Shown here: positions 45,317-54,674 of the stretch, in pieces
How positions within the stretch are numbered: the stretch's first letter is position 1
Layout of the letters: every line of letters begins with the position of its first letter
Assembly (NCBI GenBank): GCA_965205025.1
Contig: CBDBFU010000023.1
Coordinates: 4,390 to 68,389, forward strand
DNA: 64,000 bases
Reading direction: 5' to 3'
Source: Candidatus Poribacteria bacterium
GTDB taxonomy: Bacteria > Poribacteria > WGA-4E > WGA-3G
Program-made: the position numbers and the translations under genes
The notes under the pieces: generated by a model
Told to the model about the DNA's origin: nothing
The model's database searches: none
What the model saw: the letters and a program-made list of their open reading frames with translations, nothing else

Positions 45317-45756
45317 AAAACTTGTTTACCTCCATTTTACAGTAGATTTTCCAATGCCCTTGATATTGACGTGCTGTCGGAGAGAATCGAAACGCTCTCC
45401 GACAGAGGATACTGATCAATCATGAGACTACTTATCTTCAACCCAGACTTTATAGGAATCCCAGTAAACACTTCCATCCCACCGGTAAACATAGGCGGTG
45501 ATTTCGTAGGATATGCCTCCCGCAGGCACATCATCCGGGAAACACGAGTAGGTCATCTTCGCATTAGCCAGATTATCTGGGCATGATCATCTTTGGCTAA
45601 CCACGCAAAAACGGGAAAACATGACCATAACGTAACAAAAAATATAAAAATATAGGTCGTGAGTTTGGATATAAATGATCTAAACATTTGGTTTCTCTTT
45701 CATTATTATAATAGGATATGCCAAAAAAGCATATCGTAAAGTTTATCGGGGTCCTA

Positions 45757-45883
45757 ATACCATTTCTGGTAATTAAAGTCTCATTAATAGATCTCTTTAA
45801 TGTAGCACAAACTTCCAGTTTGTGCAGTATTTCAAGCCATACATAACAAAAGTTGATGGGATAAACATTTTTAGAATTGGTAT
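45757..45883. mobile_element. simple family-A MITE (127 bp)
   Basis: ATACCATTTCT (45757-45767) / AGAATTGGTAT (45873-45883) with the central hairpin CACAAACTT-CCAGTTTGTG. Confidence 0.7.
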
Positions 45884-46457
45884 TATATTTAAACTCTCAA
45901 AATAAATGTCGAGAAGGGGTCCATCTTGAAAGTTTATATTTAAACGTTCAAGATTCGGAATACAATGTTCTGTGCTGTTTGCCTCAACACCACCAAACAA
46001 CAAAAACCCGCAACGAGGCAAAGCCGGCGTCCAGGCGCGAAAATATCGCAGATTAAATTCAGCGATAAGAAATTATGACGTAAAAATATTAACGAATGTA
46101 TCGTCGAGAGGGGGTAGTTAAAACCAGCCTTAAAAACATCGCATACACAAAAATCTTGATCAGATGAAAGATATCTGATGCATTTATTTCTGATTAGCAA
46201 TTTCATTTTTATTTTGGACTTTAGCATAAAATTTGTATTTTTTTGCAGGCAATTTAAAGCAATGAATTCAACATATGTTTACAAACAGAATAGACACACT
46301 GGTATGAATGTGAAACCTTATCTAAATTTATTTGATGATGTAAATGTCAGATGTTATAATTAACATATCTTGTGAGTTGAAATATATACTCCAACTCAAT
46401 ATTAGAGTAAACTAACAATCAATCGTGTCTATAGTCATGCATTAAAAAGGAGTAAAA

Positions 46458-47237
46458 ATGCGTTTAATTTGTCTGATATTAGGAATTACTTTCTCAATTA
46501 CTTTACTGTTACCCCAAATTAGTACAGCAAAAATTGATCCAGAAACTGCTGCCGGAGTTTGGCTGTTCGATGAGGGTGCTGGTGATGATGCAGTCGATTC
46601 ATCTGGGAAAGAAAACCACGGAAAGATCAATGGAGCTAAATGGAAGGATGGTAAATTTGGAGAAGCCCTTGAATTCGATGGTGCACATTCGGTTTCAATT
46701 GAATCTACACCAGATTTACAATTAGGTGAACAACATACCATGATGGCTTGGTTTTATGCTAAAGATATTACCACATGGCGACAACTTATTGCTAAGAACA
46801 ATGAATATCTTTTACGGATTGATCCACCACAAGAAGGTAATAAAATGTCCTCGTTTGTTCATCTAGGTGGATGGGAACCCAGAGCTTCTGCAAGTGTTCC
46901 AGACACAGATACCTGGATTCATTTTGCAGCTACTTACGATAAGTCAGCAAACAATAACCAGCTTAACGTATATGTTAATGGTAAACAAGCCGGGGCAAGC
47001 ACACGTCCTGGGAATCCTGCTGGAAATGCTGATCCAGTTACCATAGGAACATGGAATGGTGGATCATTCTTTGTCGGAATTATTGATGAAGTCGCAATCT
47101 TTAAAGCTATATTAACAGAAGCGGATCTTCAGACCATTATGGATAATGGGTTAGATAAAGCATTAGGCGGTGTTGCTGCTGTTGATGCCAATGAGAAATT
47201 GGCGACCACATGGGCAAACCTGAAATCTGATAATTAA
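46458..47237 (+). CDS. secreted LamG-domain protein with C-terminal KLATTWANLK tag
   Basis: 259 aa, AAGGAG RBS, signal peptide. LamG blocks: GKFGEALEFDG, HTMMAWFY, IHFAATYD, LNVYVNGK, FVGIIDEVAIF. Confidence 0.85.
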   Translation: MRLICLILGITFSITLLLPQISTAKIDPETAAGVWLFDEGAGDDAVDSSGKENHGKINGAKWKDGKFGEALEFDGAHSVSIESTPDLQLGEQHTMMAWFYAKDITTWRQLIAKNNEYLLRIDPPQEGNKMSSFVHLGGWEPRASASVPDTDTWIHFAATYDKSANNNQLNVYVNGKQAGASTRPGNPAGNADPVTIGTWNGGSFFVGIIDEVAIFKAILTEADLQTIMDNGLDKALGGVAAVDANEKLATTWANLKSDN

Positions 47238-47405
47238 TTTTAATATAATTCCACTAAACAAGGACAGAAGGTAAAATTCTGTCCTTGTTCTTTTAAATGT
47301 AAAAATATTGAAGAAAATCAAACCATAACACAACTAAAGATATAAAATAATTGAAATTAGACTGAAAAACAAGTAACAGAAGTAAATATACTATAGAATA
47401 ATATC

Positions 47406-47521
47406 ATACCATTTCTAATTGAAGATGTCTCTTTTTTGTAGCACAAACTTTCCAGTTTGTGGCGTATTAGATTACATTTCACAAAAACCTGTAATGCGAA
47501 CCCATTTTTTAGAAATGGTAT
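47406..47521. mobile_element. simple family-A MITE (116 bp)
   Basis: ATACCATTTCT (47406-47416) / AGAAATGGTAT (47511-47521) with centre CACAAACTTTCCAGTTTGTG. Confidence 0.7.
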
Positions 47522-47539
47522 CACATAAAAAACTTTTGC

Positions 47540-47569
47540 TTGACAAATATATTTTTATTATGTTACTAT
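47540..47569 (+). promoter_or_regulatory. candidate sigma70 promoter facing a gene-less region
   Basis: TTGACA (47540-47545), 18-nt spacer, TACTAT (47564-47569). No credible ORF lies downstream for about 1.6 kb. Confidence 0.3.
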
Positions 47570-47860
47570 ATATATCACAATAAAAGTATAACAAAAAATT
47601 TGTTATGAAACTTTCATAACAGTTATGAAAAGGAAATTACAATCTGATACACCTACAAACCTATACCAGAACAGGATTCAGAACACTTCAAACAAGAACA
47701 AAGTATGAATTTTTAAAAAAAATAAAAAAACTAACATTTTTTTAGTATATCTACAAACCCTTTCTAGGACTGACTTTAGAGCAGTTTAAAACATGCTGCT
47801 TAATAATTGTGTTATGAAAATAAAATTATGGTATATCTCATAAATATGAATCGTTATTAC

Positions 47861-48010
47861 TTATAGCGTCAATTTAAGGATTAGACTCTTCTGTGGGAGG
47901 GATTCCGATCTCCTATCCTTCAAGATCCTGTTCCTATTTTGATCGTTTCAACCCAGTTTTTCAGACACTCTCCTCACCCCCAGAGGGGTGATATGTCTAT
48001 AGGAAAGGTA
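47861..48010. repeat. repeat block homologous to 44565-44640 plus a hairpin module
   Basis: TTATAGCGTCAATTTAAGGATTAGACTCTTCTGTGGGAGGGATTCCGATC parallels 44565-44615. CACCCC-CAGA-GGGGTG followed by ATATGTCTATAGGAAAGG at 47975-48008. Confidence 0.65.
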
Positions 48011-48238
48011 TGACAACTTCCTGCAATCCAACGGAGTGCTATGTAAGTGAATAGGTGGCAACTTAGGTTAATATACTTTTTGTGAGATTCACTAAACAGA
48101 ATTCACATCTACAGAGAGAAGATCAACTAATAAATAGGAAGATGGGAAATGACAATCCAACATTTTTATAAAAATACAATCAGACAAAGAAAAAATAGCA
48201 AATGGCTTCAGTGGTCAGGAAATTCAGATAAACCAGAG

Positions 48239-48349
48239 AATGACACAAAAATCAAAATTCTCAAATTTCAAGAAAATTACCATAAACCCAGTCTACCACA
48301 GGGATTAGTGCGATTTTACAAAGTTACACCATGTAACGAAAAGTGTAAC
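48239..48349 (+). repeat. diverged direct repeat, copy 1 (candidate structured RNA or operator unit)
   Basis: AATGACACAAAA ... TAAACCCAGT ... GATTTTACAAAGTTACACCATGTAACGAAAAGTGTAAC. Hairpin GTTACA-CCA-TGTAAC at 48323-48337. Copy 2 is at 48632-48754. Confidence 0.6.
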
Positions 48350-48451
48350 TTTTTCATTTTACTTCAGAATATCCCATTATTAAGAATACTTCTATTTGGT
48401 ATAATTCCACTTTGTAGGGACGAAACCTCCCTCTTCTCTTCTGTAGGCGGG

Positions 48452-48575
48452 GAATGCGCGTATGGCATTCATACCCGCCGAATGCCATACGCGCATTCGG
48501 CGTTGATTTGGGGAATGCTAAATAGCATTCATACCGTTGATTCCCTGATTCCCTGATTCCTGGATTCCGATCCCA
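48452..48575. repeat. GC-rich palindromes and short tandem repeat
   Basis: 19-bp perfect inverted repeat GAATGCGCGTATGGCATTC (48452-48470) / GAATGCCATACGCGCATTC (48480-48498). GAATGCTA-AA-TAGCATTC (48513-48530), the same module as 29918-29935. (GATTCCCT)n-like tandem at 48538-48575. Track ORF 48149-48556 just reads through these. Confidence 0.75.
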
Positions 48576-48631
48576 GATCTTACATTCTAATGAAAACTAA
48601 CATGTCAAACCAATGGATAAGAACAAAAGAA

Positions 48632-48754
48632 AATGACACAAAATTCGTCACTGTGACAAATTCTTGTGACATAAAAAAAGTGGCTCTAAACCCAGTGTAG
48701 TACTGACGGGAAAGAGATTTTATCAATGTCACACCATGTGACAAAAAGTGTAAC
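48632..48754 (+). repeat. diverged direct repeat, copy 2
   Basis: AATGACACAAAA ... GTCAC-T-GTGAC (48647-48657) ... TAAACCCAGT ... GATTTTATCAATGTCACACCATGTGACAAAAAGTGTAAC. Hairpin GTCACA-CCA-TGTGAC at 48728-48742, a compensatory T>C / A>G change relative to copy 1. Confidence 0.6.
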
Positions 48755-49143
48755 AATTTAAACATATTAATAATTTATATATTACTATTGTGAACAGTAA
48801 AAAAACAGCAAATTTACAGAATAATACGGGGTTCAATATATAGTACATCGCAAGGAACAAAACACTCTCAATATAATGATTTATGAGATATAACCTAAAC
48901 TATACACAAGTTGGAAATGACATAATAATTACGAATTTTCAGAGTATTCAGAGTAAATCAAAGAAACCATAATTTTAGAAAACACAGAGGAATCCAGACT
49001 ATAACTGACTTTATACAAAATATAAAACATCACCTAACAGCATTTACTCTGAAAATTACACTGTTACTCTGAAACAGCTAAAAACTATATGATCCGTGAT
49101 ATTCATGACAAAAACTTTACATACCCCTTACAATCGTTGAAGT

Positions 49144-49173
49144 TTGCAACACTATACAGAAACATGCTATAAT
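49144..49173 (+). promoter_or_regulatory. candidate sigma70 promoter of the 49200 gene
   Basis: TTGCAA (49144-49149), 18-nt spacer, extended -10 TGCTATAAT (TATAAT 49168-49173), about 25 nt upstream of the AGGAGG RBS. Confidence 0.5.
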
Positions 49174-49199
49174 GAAACTACTATTTAGGAGGTATGGAT

Positions 49200-49937
49200 A
49201 TGCTTAGATTGTTCTTTATCGTCATTGGTCTCACAATTATCGGTCTTATAGCTAATATATCTGCAGATGTGTGGACTGATAATTTTGATGGTAATAAATT
49301 GGAAGAAGGATGGGAATTCCGTGATCATAATGCCAAAGCAACTAAGTACGAAGTAAAAGATGGATTCTTACACATCACCAATCCTGGAAATTGGGGACAC
49401 ACGACACCTGATAAACCAATGATTGAACGTGATATACCAAATAGTGCTGCAAAGAATATCACAGTAAGTGGAATATTTACGAGTGAACCTGATAAACCAG
49501 CTGATGCCTGGATTGGAATTTTTCTATATAGTGATAGTGATCTCAATTACGCCTGCTTCTTATTTGGCGGAGAATCAAATCAACCACAGAAGACTCTAAT
49601 CGGTAGTATGGTCAAGGGAAATTGGCAAGACAAAGGACATCCACAGACCGGTTTTGATGTTCCTCTTCATTTGAAAATTGTCAAAGAAGATGATACATTG
49701 TCAGGTTATTTTCGAAGAAATGAAAAAGAAGATTGGACACTTGCTGGTGGTAAAATGTGGAATCATAGTTTTAATATCAAACAAGTTGGTATTGGATTTA
49801 TGAATAATTGGGGTGGAAAGACTGTTACATTTATGATTGATCAATTATCTATTGAGGGGGACGGTATAAAACCCTTTTCTGTTGATCCTAACTCTAAATT
49901 AACTACCACATGGGGTAACATTAAAACTAATTCATAG
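49200..49937 (+). CDS. secreted concanavalin-A-like beta-sandwich protein (family unresolved) with C-terminal KLTTTWGNIK tag
   Basis: The track start 49194 is only 1 nt after AGGAGG (49187-49192). ATG 49200 has better spacing and gives the MLRLFFIVIGLTIIGLIANISA signal. DNFDGNKLEEGWEF...KDGFLHI resembles DUF1080/LamG-type jelly rolls. Confidence 0.7.
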   Translation: MLRLFFIVIGLTIIGLIANISADVWTDNFDGNKLEEGWEFRDHNAKATKYEVKDGFLHITNPGNWGHTTPDKPMIERDIPNSAAKNITVSGIFTSEPDKPADAWIGIFLYSDSDLNYACFLFGGESNQPQKTLIGSMVKGNWQDKGHPQTGFDVPLHLKIVKEDDTLSGYFRRNEKEDWTLAGGKMWNHSFNIKQVGIGFMNNWGGKTVTFMIDQLSIEGDGIKPFSVDPNSKLTTTWGNIKTNS

Positions 49938-50015
49938 TAATACGAGACTAACCGTTTTAATATCGTTGTTAAGGTAAGAAAGTTTATTAATCTACTATAT
50001 CTTACACCTAATTTT

Positions 50016-50060
50016 ATATGGATATTTGGGTATTATTTCAGTTTATCCAAATATCCATAT
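50016..50060. repeat. 14-bp perfect inverted repeat (operator or terminator candidate) upstream of the RND gene
   Basis: ATATGGATATTTGG (50016-50029) / CCAAATATCCATAT (50047-50060) with a 17-nt loop. No U-tract. Confidence 0.5.
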
Positions 50061-50270
50061 TGCTGTATTATGGAATCATCTTGGTCTTATGTATGCCTTT
50101 CAGTCCACTATAACGGAATTAGAGAGCAATAGAACAAAATCACGATTTTTTACTTTCAATACTAATAATTCATAATTTTACGGAAGTTCTATTGATAAAT
50201 GTATGTCAAATAAATTAGAAGAATTAAAAATACTTTCAATTGATTGATTAGAAGGAGTAGTATTTAATAA

Positions 50271-53200
50271 ATGTCCATTCCAAAAATATCTGTGAACAAC
50301 CCTGTCTTAGCAAATATGTTGATGATTCTAATTATGATATTTGGGTTGTATGCATGGATTACCCTGCCAAGAGAACTCTCTCCTGAAATTGCCCTCCAAA
50401 GTGCAACTATTAGTACTTTGTATCCTGGTGCCTCACCGGAAGAAGTTGAAAAACTTATCAGTGCACCTATAGAAGATTCAATCGAAGAAAATGTAAATAA
50501 GATCAATCTCATGATTTCTACATCGTCTGAAGGTAGATCAATCATCTCAGTAGATTTTGAAGAAATGACTGATAGGGAATTCGATAAGGAATTGGAGAAT
50601 CTGCGGACAGCTGTAGAACAAGTTAACAATCTACCAGAAGAGATATTAGATGATCCTTTGGTGCAGGAATTGGATGTGTCATCTGGGTTTCCGATGTTAA
50701 CAATTGTAGTTGGAGGAACCATATCTGAGACTCAAATGCGGGATATTGCTGAGAATCTAAAGGATGAGATATTAGAAATCAAAAATATCGCAGATGTACA
50801 AATTGCCGGTCTTCGTGAAAGAGAAATATGGATAGAAGTTAACCCAGATAAGTTGAAAGCCTATAACCTACCAATTACTGCGGTGAGTACTGCATTACAA
50901 CTAAGAAATTTAAACCTTCCTGCTGGTACGATGGAAATTGCGAACACTGAATTTATGGTGAGAACGATGGGAGAATTCTCAAATCCAGAATTCATTGGTG
51001 ATACAATTCTATCTGTTCTACCATCAGGAACTCCTCTTCGTCTTAGTGATGTGGCAACAGTCTCAGATACTTACGAAAAACCAAGAACACTATCCCGAAT
51101 TGATGGCGGATCTTCAATCAGTTTGAGTGTTCAAAAGAAAAAAGAAGGAAACACCATATCATTAGTTGCACAATTACGAGAATTAGTTACAGAACACAAT
51201 AAGAACCTACCTGAAGGAGCTGTATTGACTCCGGTTAATGATTATTCTGTAATTCTAAAAGAACGTCTTGGTATCCTTGAAACTAATGCTATCTTCGGAT
51301 TAATACTTGTCATCTTCATGCTTTTCATTTTCATAGGATGGCGTAATGCTCTATTTGCTGCGCTTGGAATCCCTGTTGCATTTATGGCAACGTTCTGGTT
51401 TATGTCTATTACAGGATATTCGTTAAGTGGCGTATCTCTTTTTGGTCTCATTTTGGTAGTTGGAATTGTAGTTGATGATGCAATTGTTGTAATAGAGAAT
51501 ATCTATAGACATATTCAATCAGGAGCTACACCAAGGGAAGCGGCAATCAGAGGTGCAGAAGAAGTCGGGTGGCCTGTAGTGGCAGCAAGCTTAACCACCA
51601 TAGGTGCATTTGGACCCCTTATGTTCATGTCAGGTGTCTCAGGACAGTTTATGCGGATTGTACCTATAATGGCAATCCTTGTATTGCTCGCTTCACTCTT
51701 TGAGGTATTTTTTATATTACCCGCACATGTTTCTGAATGGGGCAGACCAGAGCATAAACAAACAAGATCAAATAGATGGTTTAATGTTATAAGAGGGTTC
51801 TATGTAAAAATCCTGAAACGTACGATTAGATATCGCTATGTTTTTGTTGGAACTGTTTTGATGATAGGTTTAGTAACCTGTGTCGGTGCATTTCTGATTC
51901 TTGATAAAGAATTGTTCCCTGGTGAAGATTTTCCACAGTTCTATGTAAAAGCAGAAATGCCAACTACTTATGGCCTTCAAGAAACTACAGACGTCATTGC
52001 TCAACTTGAAAATGCAGCTAAGACACTACCAAAAGAAGAAGTTGCTGCTGTAGTCAGCAATATTGGAATTCATACACCAACAGGTGGATTAATGGAAGGA
52101 ATAACTTACGGTTCTAATTATGGGGAACTCATAATTGAATTAGTTCCCAAAAATCAAAGATCACGCACTACCGATGAAGTAATTGCTTCTATAAGGAAAG
52201 AAACTGTTAACATTAGTGGTATAGAGAAACTAAATTTTGATAAAATACAAGGTGGACCTCCTCAAGGACAGGACGTTGAGGTTAAAGTTAAAGGATCACG
52301 CTTCAATCAGTTAATTGAAATCGCAGATAAGCTTAAGTCTACTCTAAGTGATATTGAGGGTGTAGAGGATATCCGAGATGATTTTAGGATTGGAAAATCG
52401 GAATTACGTATATATTTGAAACCTGAAAAAGCAGCTCAACACGGAATGTCTACTTTACAAGTAGCTCAGACAGTACGTATTGCAATTGAAGGGGCAATTT
52501 CTACAACTTATCGAGAAGCTGATGAAGAAATTGATGTAATAGTCAGGTATCCTGAAAATCGTTTACAGTCAATAAATGAACTTAGCGATCTATTGTTAAC
52601 AACCCCACTTGGCACTATAATTCCATTAAAGGAAGTTGCATATATAGTTGAAGAACAGGGGTATGCGGATATAAAACGATTTGAAGGTGAAAGAGCAATT
52701 ACTGTTTTTGCCTCAGTAGATAGAACTATAACCACACCATTTAAAGTAAATCAAGCCTTAATCTCTGCCTTTGAAGATATTGAAACATTGTATCCTGGGT
52801 ACAGACTTGATTTTAGAGGATTGTTTGATGAAATTCAAGAGTCTTTCGGTGAGTTATGGAAACTCTTTGTCGTCGGTGTTTTTGTCATTTATATGATATT
52901 GGGGGCACAATTCAAGTCCTTTTTACAACCTATCATAATTCTTTTAGCAGTTCCTTTTGGTATGATAGGTGCGATGTTTGGACTTCTATTTTCAAATGCA
53001 ACTTTAAGTATGGTAGCAATGTTCGGAATTGTTGCACTTGCGGGGATTGTGGTTAATGACTCTATTGTTTTAATTGATTTTATCAATAAGTATCGTGAAC
53101 GTGGTTACAATCGATGGTATGCTATTTTAAAAGGAAGTAGTCTTAGATTACGTCCAATTATGCTTACATCTATGACAACAATTATAGGTCTAATTCCAAT

Positions 53201-53420
53201 GGCAAGCGGATTAGGAGGTAAGTCACCTATATGGATGCCAATGGCAAATACCATTATCTTTGGTCTGGCTTTTGCAACCATTATGACACTATTCGTTATG
53301 CCTTCTCTGTATGCGATTATATCAGATATAAAGAATGTATTTAGTAGAAGCAAGCAAGAAGACTATAAAATTGTTGAACACGAAGATATGATTGGAGTTC
53401 CCGCCCCAGCAGATGATTGA
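50271..53420 (+). CDS. RND-family efflux transporter (AcrB/HAE-type inner membrane subunit)
   Basis: 1049 aa, GAAGGAG RBS. Twelve-TM architecture with two large periplasmic loops. Conserved blocks VVGIVVDDAIVVIENI and GIVVNDSIVLIDF. Confidence 0.9.
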   Translation: MSIPKISVNNPVLANMLMILIMIFGLYAWITLPRELSPEIALQSATISTLYPGASPEEVEKLISAPIEDSIEENVNKINLMISTSSEGRSIISVDFEEMTDREFDKELENLRTAVEQVNNLPEEILDDPLVQELDVSSGFPMLTIVVGGTISETQMRDIAENLKDEILEIKNIADVQIAGLREREIWIEVNPDKLKAYNLPITAVSTALQLRNLNLPAGTMEIANTEFMVRTMGEFSNPEFIGDTILSVLPSGTPLRLSDVATVSDTYEKPRTLSRIDGGSSISLSVQKKKEGNTISLVAQLRELVTEHNKNLPEGAVLTPVNDYSVILKERLGILETNAIFGLILVIFMLFIFIGWRNALFAALGIPVAFMATFWFMSITGYSLSGVSLFGLILVVGIVVDDAIVVIENIYRHIQSGATPREAAIRGAEEVGWPVVAASLTTIGAFGPLMFMSGVSGQFMRIVPIMAILVLLASLFEVFFILPAHVSEWGRPEHKQTRSNRWFNVIRGFYVKILKRTIRYRYVFVGTVLMIGLVTCVGAFLILDKELFPGEDFPQFYVKAEMPTTYGLQETTDVIAQLENAAKTLPKEEVAAVVSNIGIHTPTGGLMEGITYGSNYGELIIELVPKNQRSRTTDEVIASIRKETVNISGIEKLNFDKIQGGPPQGQDVEVKVKGSRFNQLIEIADKLKSTLSDIEGVEDIRDDFRIGKSELRIYLKPEKAAQHGMSTLQVAQTVRIAIEGAISTTYREADEEIDVIVRYPENRLQSINELSDLLLTTPLGTIIPLKEVAYIVEEQGYADIKRFEGERAITVFASVDRTITTPFKVNQALISAFEDIETLYPGYRLDFRGLFDEIQESFGELWKLFVVGVFVIYMILGAQFKSFLQPIIILLAVPFGMIGAMFGLLFSNATLSMVAMFGIVALAGIVVNDSIVLIDFINKYRERGYNRWYAILKGSSLRLRPIMLTSMTTIIGLIPMASGLGGKSPIWMPMANTIIFGLAFATIMTLFVMPSLYAIISDIKNVFSRSKQEDYKIVEHEDMIGVPAPADD

Positions 53421-53501
53421 ATTCTTTGTTCCAAAGCAACTTTGTAGATAGAGAATAATACCAAATGTAAACATTCCATCAGAGTTAATAAAGGAGAAAA
53501 T

Positions 53502-54461
53502 ATGAAGATTGGATTTATTGGTGTTGGTGGTATAGCAGGAAATTATAGAGGAAGTCTAAAAAGACTGAATAAACCTATTAGAGCTGTATGTGATATAAAT
53601 GCAGATAGAGCAAATTCAATTGCCTCTGACGAAAATGCCACATCCTATACAGATCACCAAGAAATGTTGGATAAAGAGAAACTGGATGTGGTGTTTATCT
53701 GTATTCCTCCTGGAGCACATACTACACAAGTTGCAGATTCAGCAAAATCGGGTGCTGCAGTTTTTGTTGCCAAACCGATTGCCCCAAATCATGAGGTAGG
53801 CAGAAATACCAGTGATGCAATTGCTGAGTCTGGTGTCATCAATCAGGTTGGTTATATGGCAAGATATAGTGATATTACCGATAAAGCAAAAGAATTAGTT
53901 GGTGATAATCCACTTACCATGGGCATAGGTAGATTTCTTTGTAGAATGGGAGCAAGTCATCCTTGGTGGGGTAAATTTGATATTTCTCTTGGTCAGATGG
54001 TAGAACAGACTACCCATGTTTTTGACCTAATACGTTATTTTCTTGGAGATGTTCAAAGTGTACAGGCATTCGGCATCAAAGATGTATCAGGGGATATTGC
54101 AGACTTTGAAGAATGTACTGTGTGTAACCTCAAATTCAGTAGTGGTGCAGTAGGGAGTATTACAAGTACATGTGCTGCACGGGCACATGATCATTTTGCT
54201 ACCGAGTTGTTAGGAGACGACATATATCTCAAATTAACACATGATTTAGGGTTACGCGGACAAATTAGAGGAGAAGGGATCACCTACAATGGAGAGGAAG
54301 CAGGATATTTTCGTCAAGTAGAACAATTCATCAAGGCAGTTGAAGCAAACGATCAGAATATAGTTCGTTCTTCTTATGCTGATGCATATAAAACTCTTGC
54401 TGTAACACTTGCTGCGAATAAGTCCTTGGAATCTGGAAATGTAGAAAGTGTAATAGAATGA
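53502..54461 (+). CDS. Gfo/Idh/MocA-family oxidoreductase
   Basis: 319 aa, AAAGGAG RBS. MKIGFIGVGGIAGNY Rossmann start. Confidence 0.8.
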   Translation: MKIGFIGVGGIAGNYRGSLKRLNKPIRAVCDINADRANSIASDENATSYTDHQEMLDKEKLDVVFICIPPGAHTTQVADSAKSGAAVFVAKPIAPNHEVGRNTSDAIAESGVINQVGYMARYSDITDKAKELVGDNPLTMGIGRFLCRMGASHPWWGKFDISLGQMVEQTTHVFDLIRYFLGDVQSVQAFGIKDVSGDIADFEECTVCNLKFSSGAVGSITSTCAARAHDHFATELLGDDIYLKLTHDLGLRGQIRGEGITYNGEEAGYFRQVEQFIKAVEANDQNIVRSSYADAYKTLAVTLAANKSLESGNVESVIE

Positions 54462-54674
54462 AACAATTTACTGAAACTATATTACAGTTACATGCCTCTC
54501 ATATAAGATGTAGGAGGAACTTAATTTATCGTCTTATTAATTTAACCAATACTTGTGCAATATTACCTTTATAACCACAGCGAGTTGTATTAATTGGATA
54601 ATCTTCTCCTCGAAATGTAATTCTTGATTTTTTTAGCTTGTCTCGTTGTACTCTGTGTAAGCTACCTCCATGTA

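Noticed and set aside
48149-48556. 135-aa plus-strand ORF in the gene-less island
   Set aside because: It is composed almost entirely of the direct repeat, GC-rich palindromes and tandem GATTCCCT units. It has no RBS, and its translation has no protein-like features.
50264-50722. 152-aa minus-strand ORF (and many other 60-120-aa antisense ORFs in the track, e.g. 8899-9261, 16405-16725, 19789-20151, 27550-27837)
   Set aside because: All lie fully inside longer opposite-strand genes with clear homology. None has family signatures or an RBS, and long shadow ORFs are expected in genes of this composition.
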